Assembly: GCA_964474855.1 (NCBI GenBank)
Contig: CAYYUB010000002.1
Coordinates: 1 to 43,990, forward strand
DNA length: 43,990 nt
Direction of reading: 5' to 3'
Source of the DNA: an uncultured bacterium
Lineage (GTDB): Bacteria > Hydrothermota > UBA3072
The translations under genes were made by a program, and so were the position numbers. Numbering within the stretch: position 1 is the first letter of the stretch; each line of letters starts with the position of its first letter. Under the pieces are notes generated by a model. It was given only the letters and a program-made list of their open reading frames with translations. It was not told where the DNA came from and made no database searches. This document shows positions 35,266-42,955 of this stretch, piece after piece.

Positions 35266-35300
35266 TTATTGAAAGTCTATGTTCTCTCTAAAAAGTAGTC

Positions 35301-36314
35301 TTACTGGGTAAAAATATTGCTAAAACCCCACTGCAATTGAACCATCAATTGAGTAATATCACTCATAATATCATCCTCAAAAATAGTTTTCTGTCCTTGA
35401 ATTTGCAGGAAAACTTGAGGTTTATCCTTCGCGTCTCTAACGATATTCCAGTTCAACCCTCCGATAATACGCGTATGACCATCATCCGCAATATCGCCGT
35501 TTTCGTCCCACATATCAAATCTACCGATAAGATCTACATCAATATTCATTAATTCTCTAAGTTTAAGTATAGGCATAACCATAAATCCATTGCTTTTAAC
35601 GCTATTTCTATTCTGAACGAGATACTCACCTAAGAGTTCAAAAGGACCTTTAGAAAAACGCCCCAAACCTATAACTGCAAGTTTATCCGTATCGGTAAAG
35701 TACAATACAGAACCCCCGAAAGTAAAACCTGGAACAAGCGTAAGCCTGAGGTTACCCAAAAGTTCTGGAGTAACGTCTAAATCGCTACCTGTAACAGTAT
35801 AGCCTTCTCCATTATAAATCGAAATCGAATATACCCCTTTATCGCTTGGAAGATTTCCGCAGAAAGCAATTCCATAATCAGCGGATTTTGCAACACCCTC
35901 TACTTCTTCCAGTACCTTCTCTATTGTAATATATTCCCAATCATAACCAAAACCGAAATAATGCTGAATTAAACCAACGCTAATTTTACTTTCCGGTATG
36001 GGTAAAACCTCAGCAAAATTAAGGTAGGCATACTTTACTCTAACGCCACCACCTGTAGTAGAAGTTTCGTCGGAGAAGAAATCCAGGTTAAATCTACCGT
36101 CTATCTTATCCGTAATAGTAGGCTCAATCCTGAAATAACCCCTCTCCAGAGTAAGTTTACTTTGAGTTACCTCATTATCAATAATTTCAGTGGTATACCT
36201 ATTCCACAATTTCATAGAAACCTTTGTCTCCCCTACCTCTCCCCCCATTAAGTTCATGGGAGTAAAAATAAAAACACTAACCAATAAATAAACCAAGCAC
36301 TTAAACCTTCTCAT
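35301..36314 (-). CDS. Putative outer-membrane porin-like beta-barrel protein
   Basis: Signal peptide MRRFKCLVYLLVSVFIFTPMNL, alternating beta-strand pattern and many G/Y/F/N residues. GGAGGG SD. Confidence 0.55.
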   Translation of the reverse strand: MRRFKCLVYLLVSVFIFTPMNLMGGEVGETKVSMKLWNRYTTEIIDNEVTQSKLTLERGYFRIEPTITDKIDGRFNLDFFSDETSTTGGGVRVKYAYLNFAEVLPIPESKISVGLIQHYFGFGYDWEYITIEKVLEEVEGVAKSADYGIAFCGNLPSDKGVYSISIYNGEGYTVTGSDLDVTPELLGNLRLTLVPGFTFGGSVLYFTDTDKLAVIGLGRFSKGPFELLGEYLVQNRNSVKSNGFMVMPILKLRELMNIDVDLIGRFDMWDENGDIADDGHTRIIGGLNWNIVRDAKDKPQVFLQIQGQKTIFEDDIMSDITQLMVQLQWGFSNIFTQ

Positions 36315-36469
36315 AAAAACCCTCCTACAATTTTACAAATTTACATTAAACATCACTTCTTAAAATCATCCTATAACAAAGATAACAATAGCGCTTCCAA
36401 TGAAAAATAAAACATAATTTAAATAGACTATTAATTAATTATCAACTACTGTCAAGGGCGAAAAACGCT

Positions 36470-36765
36470 ATCCGCCGAGGCTAACGGCAAAAAAAAAGAA
36501 TTCGTGTTATTTGTGTAATAATTAGTTTATTGAGTTTATAGAGTTCATTGGGTTTGTTGGGTTAGATTTAAAAAAACAACAAATAAAAATCCTGTAAATC
36601 CTTTTTTTATCCTGTCTAAATATTTGGTGTCGTGGGTTGGGTTCTAAACAAAAAAAATCCTTTTAAATCTGCGTCCGATTATTGGGGTGTGGTGTGGCTC
36701 TGTGTTCTCTGCCTGCCCCGTAGGGAAGAATGACCGTATCGGGGTGTCTCTGTGGCCAAAAACAA
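36470..36765. repeat. Mosaic intergenic repeat block F
   Basis: An inverted copy of block C (36521-36675, including the exact 42-mer 36577-36618), ggggtgtggtgtgg, ggctctgtgttctctgcc (36696-36713) and gtgtctctgtggcc (36744-36757). Confidence 0.9.
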
Positions 36766-36773
36766 AAAAAGGG

Positions 36774-36801
36774 TTGACAAACAAACAAAAATGAATATGA
36801 T
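36774..36801 (+). promoter_or_regulatory. Candidate csp promoter
   Basis: TTGACA-16 nt-TATGAT, followed by a 5' UTR of about 60 nt, as is usual for csp genes. Confidence 0.55.
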
Positions 36802-36863
36802 TACTCGATTGTTCATTTATGTATCTTTGTATACTCTAAAAAACCAAAGGAGGTCTTTTTAGT

Positions 36864-37064
36864 ATGGCTGAAGGTAAAGTAAAATGGTTTAGTGACAGGA
36901 AAGGATTCGGTTTCATTACAATGGACGACTCAAAAGACATATTTGTTCACACAACATCCCTTAGTGATGGTCTGGTTACACTTTCGGAAGGAGACGAAGT
37001 AGAGTTCGACCTTATCGAAAGTGAAAAAGGACCAAAAGCCGAAAACGTTAAAAAGATTCGTTAA
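36864..37064 (+). CDS. csp: Cold-shock protein, CspA family
   Basis: KVKWFSDRKGFGFI (RNP1) and DIFVH (RNP2). 66 aa. AAGGAGG SD and a leader of about 60 nt. Confidence 0.95.
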   Translation: MAEGKVKWFSDRKGFGFITMDDSKDIFVHTTSLSDGLVTLSEGDEVEFDLIESEKGPKAENVKKIR

Positions 37065-37159
37065 ACTTTAGTTCTCAATGTAAAGTTTCGATAAACAAAA
37101 ACATAAAAACAAAAACCCTCTGGTTTTGTTGTGTTGTTTGCTACGAATTTCATGCATAC

Positions 37160-37436
37160 AATAGTTAGGATGTTAGGAGGTTAGAAAGTTGGGGAGTTAA
37201 AACAAAAAAATAAACTTTGTGATCTCTGTGTCTTTGTGTGAGATATTAGGTTTTAGGTCTTGGGTTTTAGGTTTTAGGAAAAACAAATAAAAAATGGGAG
37301 GTGGTTGGGTAATCCGTGTGAATCTGTGTTAATCCGTGGCTAATTATTGGTGGTGCGGGATGGGTTTTAAACAAAAAATCCTTTTTAATCTGCGTTCATC
37401 TGCGTCCTATCATTGCGGGTAGTGTGGGTTCTGGTC
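37160..37436. repeat. Mosaic intergenic repeat block G
   Basis: ctttgtgatctctgtgtctttgtgtgag (37215-37242), ttaggttttaggtcttgggttttaggttttagg, aatccgtgtgaatctgtgttaatccgtggctaattatt (37311-37348), gggatgggttttaa (37357-37370) and aaaaaatcctttttaatctgcgt (37373-37395). Confidence 0.85.
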
Positions 37437-37464
37437 TTGATTTATTATATTAAACCGTTATATT
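37437..37464 (+). promoter_or_regulatory. Candidate promoter of the DUF2723 gene
   Basis: TTGATT-16 nt-TATATT, then a 23-nt leader with GGAAGGAA. Confidence 0.4.
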
Positions 37465-37487
37465 TGTCTCTAAATGGAAGGAAATAA

Positions 37488-40157
37488 ATGTACGATAGAA
37501 GAAAAATAACAGGGTTTTTATCTGTATTAATCGTTTTAATTTCAGCGTATTTATACACTATTGCCCCTACTGTTTCACTCTGGGATTGCGGAGAATTCAT
37601 AGCTTGCTCACACATCCTGGGAGTCCCACATCCTCCGGGAACGCCGTTTTTCATTCTACTCGGCAGAATATTTGATATCATTATCCCTTTCAATGAAGTA
37701 GCGAAAAGGATAAACTTTTTTTCGTCTCTCTCAAGTGCCCTGGCAGGAGGCTTCCTTTACCTCATCATACTCTCGGTTTTTCAGAGATTTAGAGAGAACA
37801 GAGGAAAAAGACTACCTCTAAGCAACCATCTTATCGCGGTATTTTCTGCTATCGGAGCCGGTTTTTCTTACAGTGTATGGGATACATCAGTAGAAGCAGA
37901 AGTTTATTCGACATCCATTCTGATACTGGTAATATGTTTATGGCTTGCTCTCCACTGGGATGAAAACCGGGAGATGAGAGGTGACGATAACTATCTTTTA
38001 CTTCTTGTTTATTTAATTTTTCTATCATTCGGTATTCATTTAATGCCTTTACTCCTTATTCCGGGTATTTTAGTTTTTGTAATAATGACAGACAAAAAAA
38101 TATTCAATAATCCAAAGTTAATTATTTTCTCCGCAATTCTCATATTAATAGGTATCACCACATATTATTACTTAATGGTAAGAGCGGTAAGTAACCCGGC
38201 GATAAACGAAGCAGACCCAAGCAATTTTTCGGCTTTATGGGATGTTATATCACGGGAACAATACGGACCCATGAAGATGTTCCCCAGAAAAACTCAAATG
38301 GAAACCAACCTCTCCTCTTTTATTGCGTTATTTGAACAAATAAAAATATTTTTCAAATATTTCTCATGGCAGTATTTCCCGTATCCGAGAGAATCCACCA
38401 ATAATCTGCTAAAGTATATATCAATAACAGGTACTTATGCATACATTTTAACAGGGTTCGGGGGTATGTTTATTCATTTTAAAAAAGACAGAAAAACTTT
38501 TTGGTTATTCTTTATTTTGTACCTTCTCGTAAGTTTAGGCCTTGTTTTTTATCTGAATTTAAAATTCTCTCCTTCCGATCCCAATCCGGCACATCAAGGA
38601 AGAGAGGTAAGGGAAAGAGACTATTTCTGGAGCTCGGCATATTTCCTTTTTATGTTTTACGTAGCAATAGGGTTATACTGGATATACGAAAAAATAAAAA
38701 AGATAAATAACTCTTATGGTTATTCAGGGTTGGCGTTATCCTTTTTGATAGGGTTTACACCGATGGTTTCCAATATAAACAGTCACGTCAACAGAAGAGG
38801 CAACTGGATTGCTTCCGATTACGCTCATAACTTACTAATCAGTATAGAAGAACATTCCATACTCTTTACATACGGAGACAATGATACATTTCCGGTCTGG
38901 TTTCTTCAAGAGGTAAAAGGTTTTCGGAAATTCGACCCCGAAAACAAAAAAGGAATTCGGCTTTCAAATTTTTCTCTTATGAATACGTCCTGGTATATAC
39001 GACAGCTAAAATTATCCGGTATACCTATGGATTTCGCTTCTCCCTTCAGAGGAACCAATATGGAAAGGGCATACCATATAAAGAAAAGAAACGGAGAAAC
39101 GAATTTAGATTTCGAACAATGGGTAATAAATAATATACAACCAATAAGGTGCGAAGACGGAAAATGGTTAAGGCCCGCAGATATTTTAGTAAGAAATATA
39201 ATACTTTGCGCAATAGGCAGGAAACCTACATTCAAAGACTTCATCATGCCGGCAGAAATATTCGTAAACGAATACATTAAAGAAGATTTCAAGCCTTTTA
39301 TCAATATATATTTTTCTTATCCTGTAGAATCTTATTCCGAAAAAGTCTTTGGCAGTCACTTTGAATTGGAAGGGTTCGCCTACCGTTTGGTAGGAAAAGA
39401 AGGAAGAGAAATGATAAATTCCAGAAAAATGCTTGATAAACTTGCCAACGAATTTAAAACAAGTTATTATGAAAATCCTACAATTTATACTGGAAGTGCA
39501 CAGGAGAAGCCTTTAGCTAACCATGCGTCTATTTATCTCATGTCTGGAAGCCAATCATTGGCGGAATTCAACGAAAAACATAAAAAAATAATTTCGGAGT
39601 CCGATAAAGATACATTAAAAATGTTAGAAAACATCTTCGAACACGCCTTTATCTTTTCAATGAACTCTCGGCTCTCTACTGTAGTACCCCCCCAGGTAGC
39701 AAACAAACTCAAAAAAATCTATTTCCTGCTTAATGAAAAAGAAAGAGCAACCAACTTTAGTGATTCGCTTCTTTCCATAATTAATACACCGCCACTTCAT
39801 TTCCTGCGAGCCGAAATGCTAACTTTAAATGTAAAAGATGAAAACTCCAGGGAGTTTAAAGAAGCAGAAAATGAATTCCTATCCTTACTTAACAATGAAG
39901 ACTTCAAGGCTTTCGGTTATGTAGGACTTACTGAACTTTACACCATGTCTAACGAGTCGGAAAAAATAAAAGAAATTATTTTAAAGATCAGTGAAGATCC
40001 AAAACTTGTAGAGAAAGTTCTCTTTTACGCTATGAGAGGCAATCCCAAAACAGCCATTAAACTGCTCGAAAGCTGGCAGGAAATATATCCCGGTGACGCA
40101 AGAAGAGTCGATCCATTGATCCGACAACTTAAAACGAGGGATAAAGAAGGATTCTAA
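37488..40157 (+). CDS. DUF2723 / TMEM260-like GT-C-fold membrane protein with a large C-terminal soluble (TPR-like helical) domain
   Basis: N-terminal hallmark TVSLWDCGEFIACSHILGVPHPPGTPFF, about 10 TM helices, 889 aa. Confidence 0.8.
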   Translation: MYDRRKITGFLSVLIVLISAYLYTIAPTVSLWDCGEFIACSHILGVPHPPGTPFFILLGRIFDIIIPFNEVAKRINFFSSLSSALAGGFLYLIILSVFQRFRENRGKRLPLSNHLIAVFSAIGAGFSYSVWDTSVEAEVYSTSILILVICLWLALHWDENREMRGDDNYLLLLVYLIFLSFGIHLMPLLLIPGILVFVIMTDKKIFNNPKLIIFSAILILIGITTYYYLMVRAVSNPAINEADPSNFSALWDVISREQYGPMKMFPRKTQMETNLSSFIALFEQIKIFFKYFSWQYFPYPRESTNNLLKYISITGTYAYILTGFGGMFIHFKKDRKTFWLFFILYLLVSLGLVFYLNLKFSPSDPNPAHQGREVRERDYFWSSAYFLFMFYVAIGLYWIYEKIKKINNSYGYSGLALSFLIGFTPMVSNINSHVNRRGNWIASDYAHNLLISIEEHSILFTYGDNDTFPVWFLQEVKGFRKFDPENKKGIRLSNFSLMNTSWYIRQLKLSGIPMDFASPFRGTNMERAYHIKKRNGETNLDFEQWVINNIQPIRCEDGKWLRPADILVRNIILCAIGRKPTFKDFIMPAEIFVNEYIKEDFKPFINIYFSYPVESYSEKVFGSHFELEGFAYRLVGKEGREMINSRKMLDKLANEFKTSYYENPTIYTGSAQEKPLANHASIYLMSGSQSLAEFNEKHKKIISESDKDTLKMLENIFEHAFIFSMNSRLSTVVPPQVANKLKKIYFLLNEKERATNFSDSLLSIINTPPLHFLRAEMLTLNVKDENSREFKEAENEFLSLLNNEDFKAFGYVGLTELYTMSNESEKIKEIILKISEDPKLVEKVLFYAMRGNPKTAIKLLESWQEIYPGDARRVDPLIRQLKTRDKEGF

Positions 40158-40204
40158 ATAGCTGCAAGTATGGTAAAACCACGAAATCAAAATTGACCAA
40201 AAAA

Positions 40205-40511
40205 ATAGCAGCGCTTCAAAGCCGCTAAAATGCAAAAATTAAATATCAAAATGAAAAATGACAAATCAAAATTCAAAAATGAATTAAAAAAAATTACCAC
40301 AGAGTGCACAGAGGAAAACAGAACACACAGAGTACACAGAGATTTTTATTATGTTCCTTAAAACCCATCCCAATACCCCAATAATAGCTACAGATGAACA
40401 CGGATTAAAAAAAATATTTTGTTGTTTAAAAATAAAAAATATTGGGGGGAGGTTGGGTAGTCTTGTGTTAATCTGTGAAATCTTGTGGTTACTATTTGGG
40501 GTGTGGTGTGC
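40205..40511. repeat. Mosaic intergenic repeat block H (both orientations in one gap)
   Basis: A copy of the block-E hairpin/A-T module (40213-40261), accacagagtgcacagag (40296-40313), acacacagagtacacagag (40323-40341), ttaaaacccatccc (40358-40371), aataatagctacagatgaacacggatt (40380-40406) and the centre AAAATATTTT (40411-40420). Reverse modules follow: ggggggaggttggg, and tcttgtgttaatctgtgaaatcttgtggtt (40461-40490). Confidence 0.85.
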
Positions 40512-41405
40512 ATGAATTGGACTAAAATCCCTGCATTCGCAAAGATAAATCTCGGTCTTCATATCCACGAAAAAAGAGAAGATGGCTTCCATTCAATCGA
40601 ATCTATCTTTCAAACGATATCTCTTAAAGATACACTCTACTTCAAACTGGAAGGAAACGTAATAGAGATTCTTTCCGACAATCCTAATTTGCCGGGTGGA
40701 CCCTCTAATTTAATATATAAAGCAGCAAGTATGTTTAAAGATAAACAATGTAAAGGATTTGGAGTTAAGATAAAAGTCGAAAAAAAAATACCGATTGGTG
40801 CGGGCCTCGGAGGAGGAAGTTCAAACGCGGCCGCAACCCTATTAACCTTGAATCGTTTACTGGAATATCCCAAAAATACGGAAGAATTAATGGAATGCGC
40901 AAAAAAACTTGGCTCGGATGTACCATTTTTTTTGAAAGGCGGAACAGCACTTGTAAAGGAAAGAGGGGAAAAAGTTGAATGGGTGAAAGATATCCCAACA
41001 TTTCAACTCTTGCTTGCAGTCCCTTCATTTCCAATATCGACAAAAGATGCCTACAATTGGTGGGATAACGAAGAAAAACAAGCCTTGACAAATGAAGACT
41101 TAAGCCTTATACTTCAAAAAATGCAAGAGGGAAAAAGGGAAATCTTTGGTAAATTGGAGAATTCCTTTTGTGAGATAATTTCAAAAAAATACCCTCAAGT
41201 AAAAAATGCTATGGAAGAGTTAAGAAGAATGAACCCAATAAATGTTATATTAAGTGGTTCTGGTTCTGCTATATATGCAATATTCGGATCAGAAAAATAC
41301 AACTATAGGGGGGGAGATATTAAAGAAGATCAATATACATTAATGAATTACAAAAGTATCTCCCGGGAAGAGTACTTCAACTTGTTAAAACCAAAGGAGG
41401 ACTAA
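40512..41405 (+). CDS. ispE: 4-diphosphocytidyl-2-C-methyl-D-erythritol kinase
   Basis: PAFAKINLGLHI and the GHMP motif KIPIGAGLGGGSSNAAA. The track start 40485 (GTG) lies inside repeat block H. ATG 40512 gives the usual N-terminal length. Confidence 0.9.
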   Translation: MNWTKIPAFAKINLGLHIHEKREDGFHSIESIFQTISLKDTLYFKLEGNVIEILSDNPNLPGGPSNLIYKAASMFKDKQCKGFGVKIKVEKKIPIGAGLGGGSSNAAATLLTLNRLLEYPKNTEELMECAKKLGSDVPFFLKGGTALVKERGEKVEWVKDIPTFQLLLAVPSFPISTKDAYNWWDNEEKQALTNEDLSLILQKMQEGKREIFGKLENSFCEIISKKYPQVKNAMEELRRMNPINVILSGSGSAIYAIFGSEKYNYRGGDIKEDQYTLMNYKSISREEYFNLLKPKED

Positions 41406-41875
41406 TGGAATTCACAGAAGTACGTGTAACTCTTAGAGATGAACCCAGACTTAAGGCATTTGTCAACGTTACCTTTGACGACGATTTTGTTATCCGCGGT
41501 ATGAAAGTGATCGAAGGGAGAAAAGGACTTTTTGTAGCAATGCCTTCAAGGAAAGGGAAAGACGGAACTTTTAGAGACATCGCTCATCCAATAAATAACA
41601 ACATGCGAAAAAAACTTGAAAAGGTTGTCCTTGACGAATACTATAGCAAATGTGAAGAAGAGGGTAAAACTCCAAAGAGTTCCAATCTCGAACAGGAAGA
41701 CTTTGAAGCACCCGATGATAATGTTAATATAAACGAAATCGGAGAAGAAGATGACATCGGAGAAGAAGATGACATCGATGAAGAGATAGCAAACGACCTT
41801 CAGGAAGAAGAAATAACAGCAGATGAAGAAATAGCAATAGAAGAAGAAATAATAGAGGACGAAGAGCTTTTATAA
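41405..41875 (+). CDS. spoVG: SpoVG-family protein with a 60-aa acidic C-terminal tail
   Basis: MEFTEVRVTLRDEPRLKAFVNVTFDDDFVIRGMKVIEGRKGLFVAMPSRK is a typical SpoVG core. AAGGAGG SD. The start overlaps the ispE stop. Confidence 0.9.
   Translation: MEFTEVRVTLRDEPRLKAFVNVTFDDDFVIRGMKVIEGRKGLFVAMPSRKGKDGTFRDIAHPINNNMRKKLEKVVLDEYYSKCEEEGKTPKSSNLEQEDFEAPDDNVNINEIGEEDDIGEEDDIDEEIANDLQEEEITADEEIAIEEEIIEDEELL
41738..41785 (+). repeat. In-frame 18-nt tandem repeat (about 2.5 copies) inside the acidic tail of spoVG
   Basis: atcggagaagaagatgac at 41738-41755 is repeated exactly at 41756-41773, followed by a partial third copy. It encodes IGEEDD-IGEEDD-IDEE. Confidence 0.85.
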
Positions 41876-41904
41876 AAATTAAACTCCTTGCCCTTATAAT
41901 TTCT

Positions 41905-41976
41905 TGGGGCGTCGCCAAGCGGCAAGGCACGAGATTTTGGGTCTCGCATTCGTAGGTTCGAATCCTACCGCCCCAG
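41905..41976 (+). tRNA. tRNA-Gln (anticodon UUG), no encoded CCA
   Basis: Hand fold: acceptor TGGGGCG/CGCCCCA (U1-A72, discriminator G, as in bacterial tRNA-Gln), D arm GCC..GGC, anticodon stem CGAGA/TCTCG with loop TT-TTG-GG, T arm GTAGG-TTCGAAT-CCTAC. Confidence 0.9.
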
Positions 41977-41983
41977 AAGAGAA

Positions 41984-42928
41984 GTGAAATTGAAATTAAA
42001 AGTTTTTTCAGGCTCCGAAACCTTAAAGTTGGCAAAAGGTATTACTAAGCATTTAAAGATACCTTTGTCTACTCTCGAAAGGAAGAAATTCTCAGACGGC
42101 GAAATCTTTATTCAGATTAAAGAAAACGTCCGAGGACGAGATGTATATGTTGTCCAGTCAACAAATCCTCCCGCAGAGAATTTTTTAGAACTGTTACTTA
42201 TAATTGATGCATTAAACCGTGCTTCTACGGGAAGGATAACCGCTGTTATACCATATTTTGGATATGGACGTCAGGAAAAAAAGGACAAACCCAGAGTTCC
42301 GATTTCAGCAAAACTTTTTGCGAATTTATTGGAAAAAGCAGGTGCTGATCGTATCTTAACCATGGACTTACACGCACCCCAGATTACAGGTTTCTTTGAT
42401 ATCTCGGTTGATCATCTTTTTGCAACACCGGTGATGGTTAAACATATAAAAAAATTAAAATTAAATTATAAAAAAACCGTCATTGTTTCCCCGGACGTTG
42501 GAAGGGTTGAAGCAGCTAGAGTTATAGCAAAGAAAATCAACAGTGATATACCTATAGCTATTGTGGATAAAAGAAGACCCAAACCAAATCACTGTGAAGT
42601 TGTCAATATAATTGGAGATGTAAAAGATAAAGTCGCTATTATAATAGACGACATCGTAGACACTGCAGGTACTTTAACTGCGGCAGCAAACGAATTAAAG
42701 GAACAGGGAGCCAGAGTGATCCACGCATATATAACTCATCCTGTACTTTCGGGAAAAGCAATAAAAAAGATTACATCTTCATCGCTTAACAGGCTTGTCG
42801 TTACAGACACTATTCCACTGGGCAACAAGAAAAGCGAGAAAATAGAGGTAATTTCAGTAGCCGAACTTCTTGGTGAAGCGATAAAAAGAATCTACGAAAA
42901 CAAATCCGTGTCATCGCTTTTTATATAG
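41984..42928 (+). CDS. prs: Ribose-phosphate pyrophosphokinase
   Basis: KVFSGS...FSDGEI...VYVVQS, and the PRPP-binding loop AIIIDDIVDTAGTL. GTG start. Confidence 0.95.
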   Translation: MKLKLKVFSGSETLKLAKGITKHLKIPLSTLERKKFSDGEIFIQIKENVRGRDVYVVQSTNPPAENFLELLLIIDALNRASTGRITAVIPYFGYGRQEKKDKPRVPISAKLFANLLEKAGADRILTMDLHAPQITGFFDISVDHLFATPVMVKHIKKLKLNYKKTVIVSPDVGRVEAARVIAKKINSDIPIAIVDKRRPKPNHCEVVNIIGDVKDKVAIIIDDIVDTAGTLTAAANELKEQGARVIHAYITHPVLSGKAIKKITSSSLNRLVVTDTIPLGNKKSEKIEVISVAELLGEAIKRIYENKSVSSLFI

Positions 42929-42955
42929 ACAGACGCAATTTATTAGGAGGAGAAA

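Noticed and set aside
37100-37135. Possible terminator after csp (AAAACC-ctct-GGTTTT)
   Set aside because: It has only a 6-bp A/U-rich stem with a poor T-tract. I am not confident enough to list it as a feature.
27975-40511. CRISPR array or integron cassette (attC) interpretation of the intergenic repeats
   Set aside because: There is no regular repeat-spacer periodicity, and identical repeats are not evenly spaced. Gene orientations are mixed and include housekeeping genes. No cas, intI or attI-like features are present in the window, and the modules are not single imperfect palindromes of attC type.
40485-40511. GTG 40485 as the ispE start (ORF track)
   Set aside because: The first 9 codons (MVTIWGVVC) fall in the G-run repeat module. 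ATG 40512 gives MNWTKIPAFAKINLGL, the normal IspE N-terminal length.
41895-41900. TATAAT 5 nt upstream of tRNA-Gln as a dedicated promoter giving a leaderless pre-tRNA
   Set aside because: There is no acceptable -35 or extended -10. The tRNA may simply be co-transcribed with spoVG and prs. The evidence is too weak to call.
41724-42035. Minus-strand ORF of 103 aa overlapping the spoVG tail, tRNA-Gln and the prs start
   Set aside because: It is antisense to three well-supported features. Its L/R-rich repeat translation mirrors the acidic tail on the other strand.
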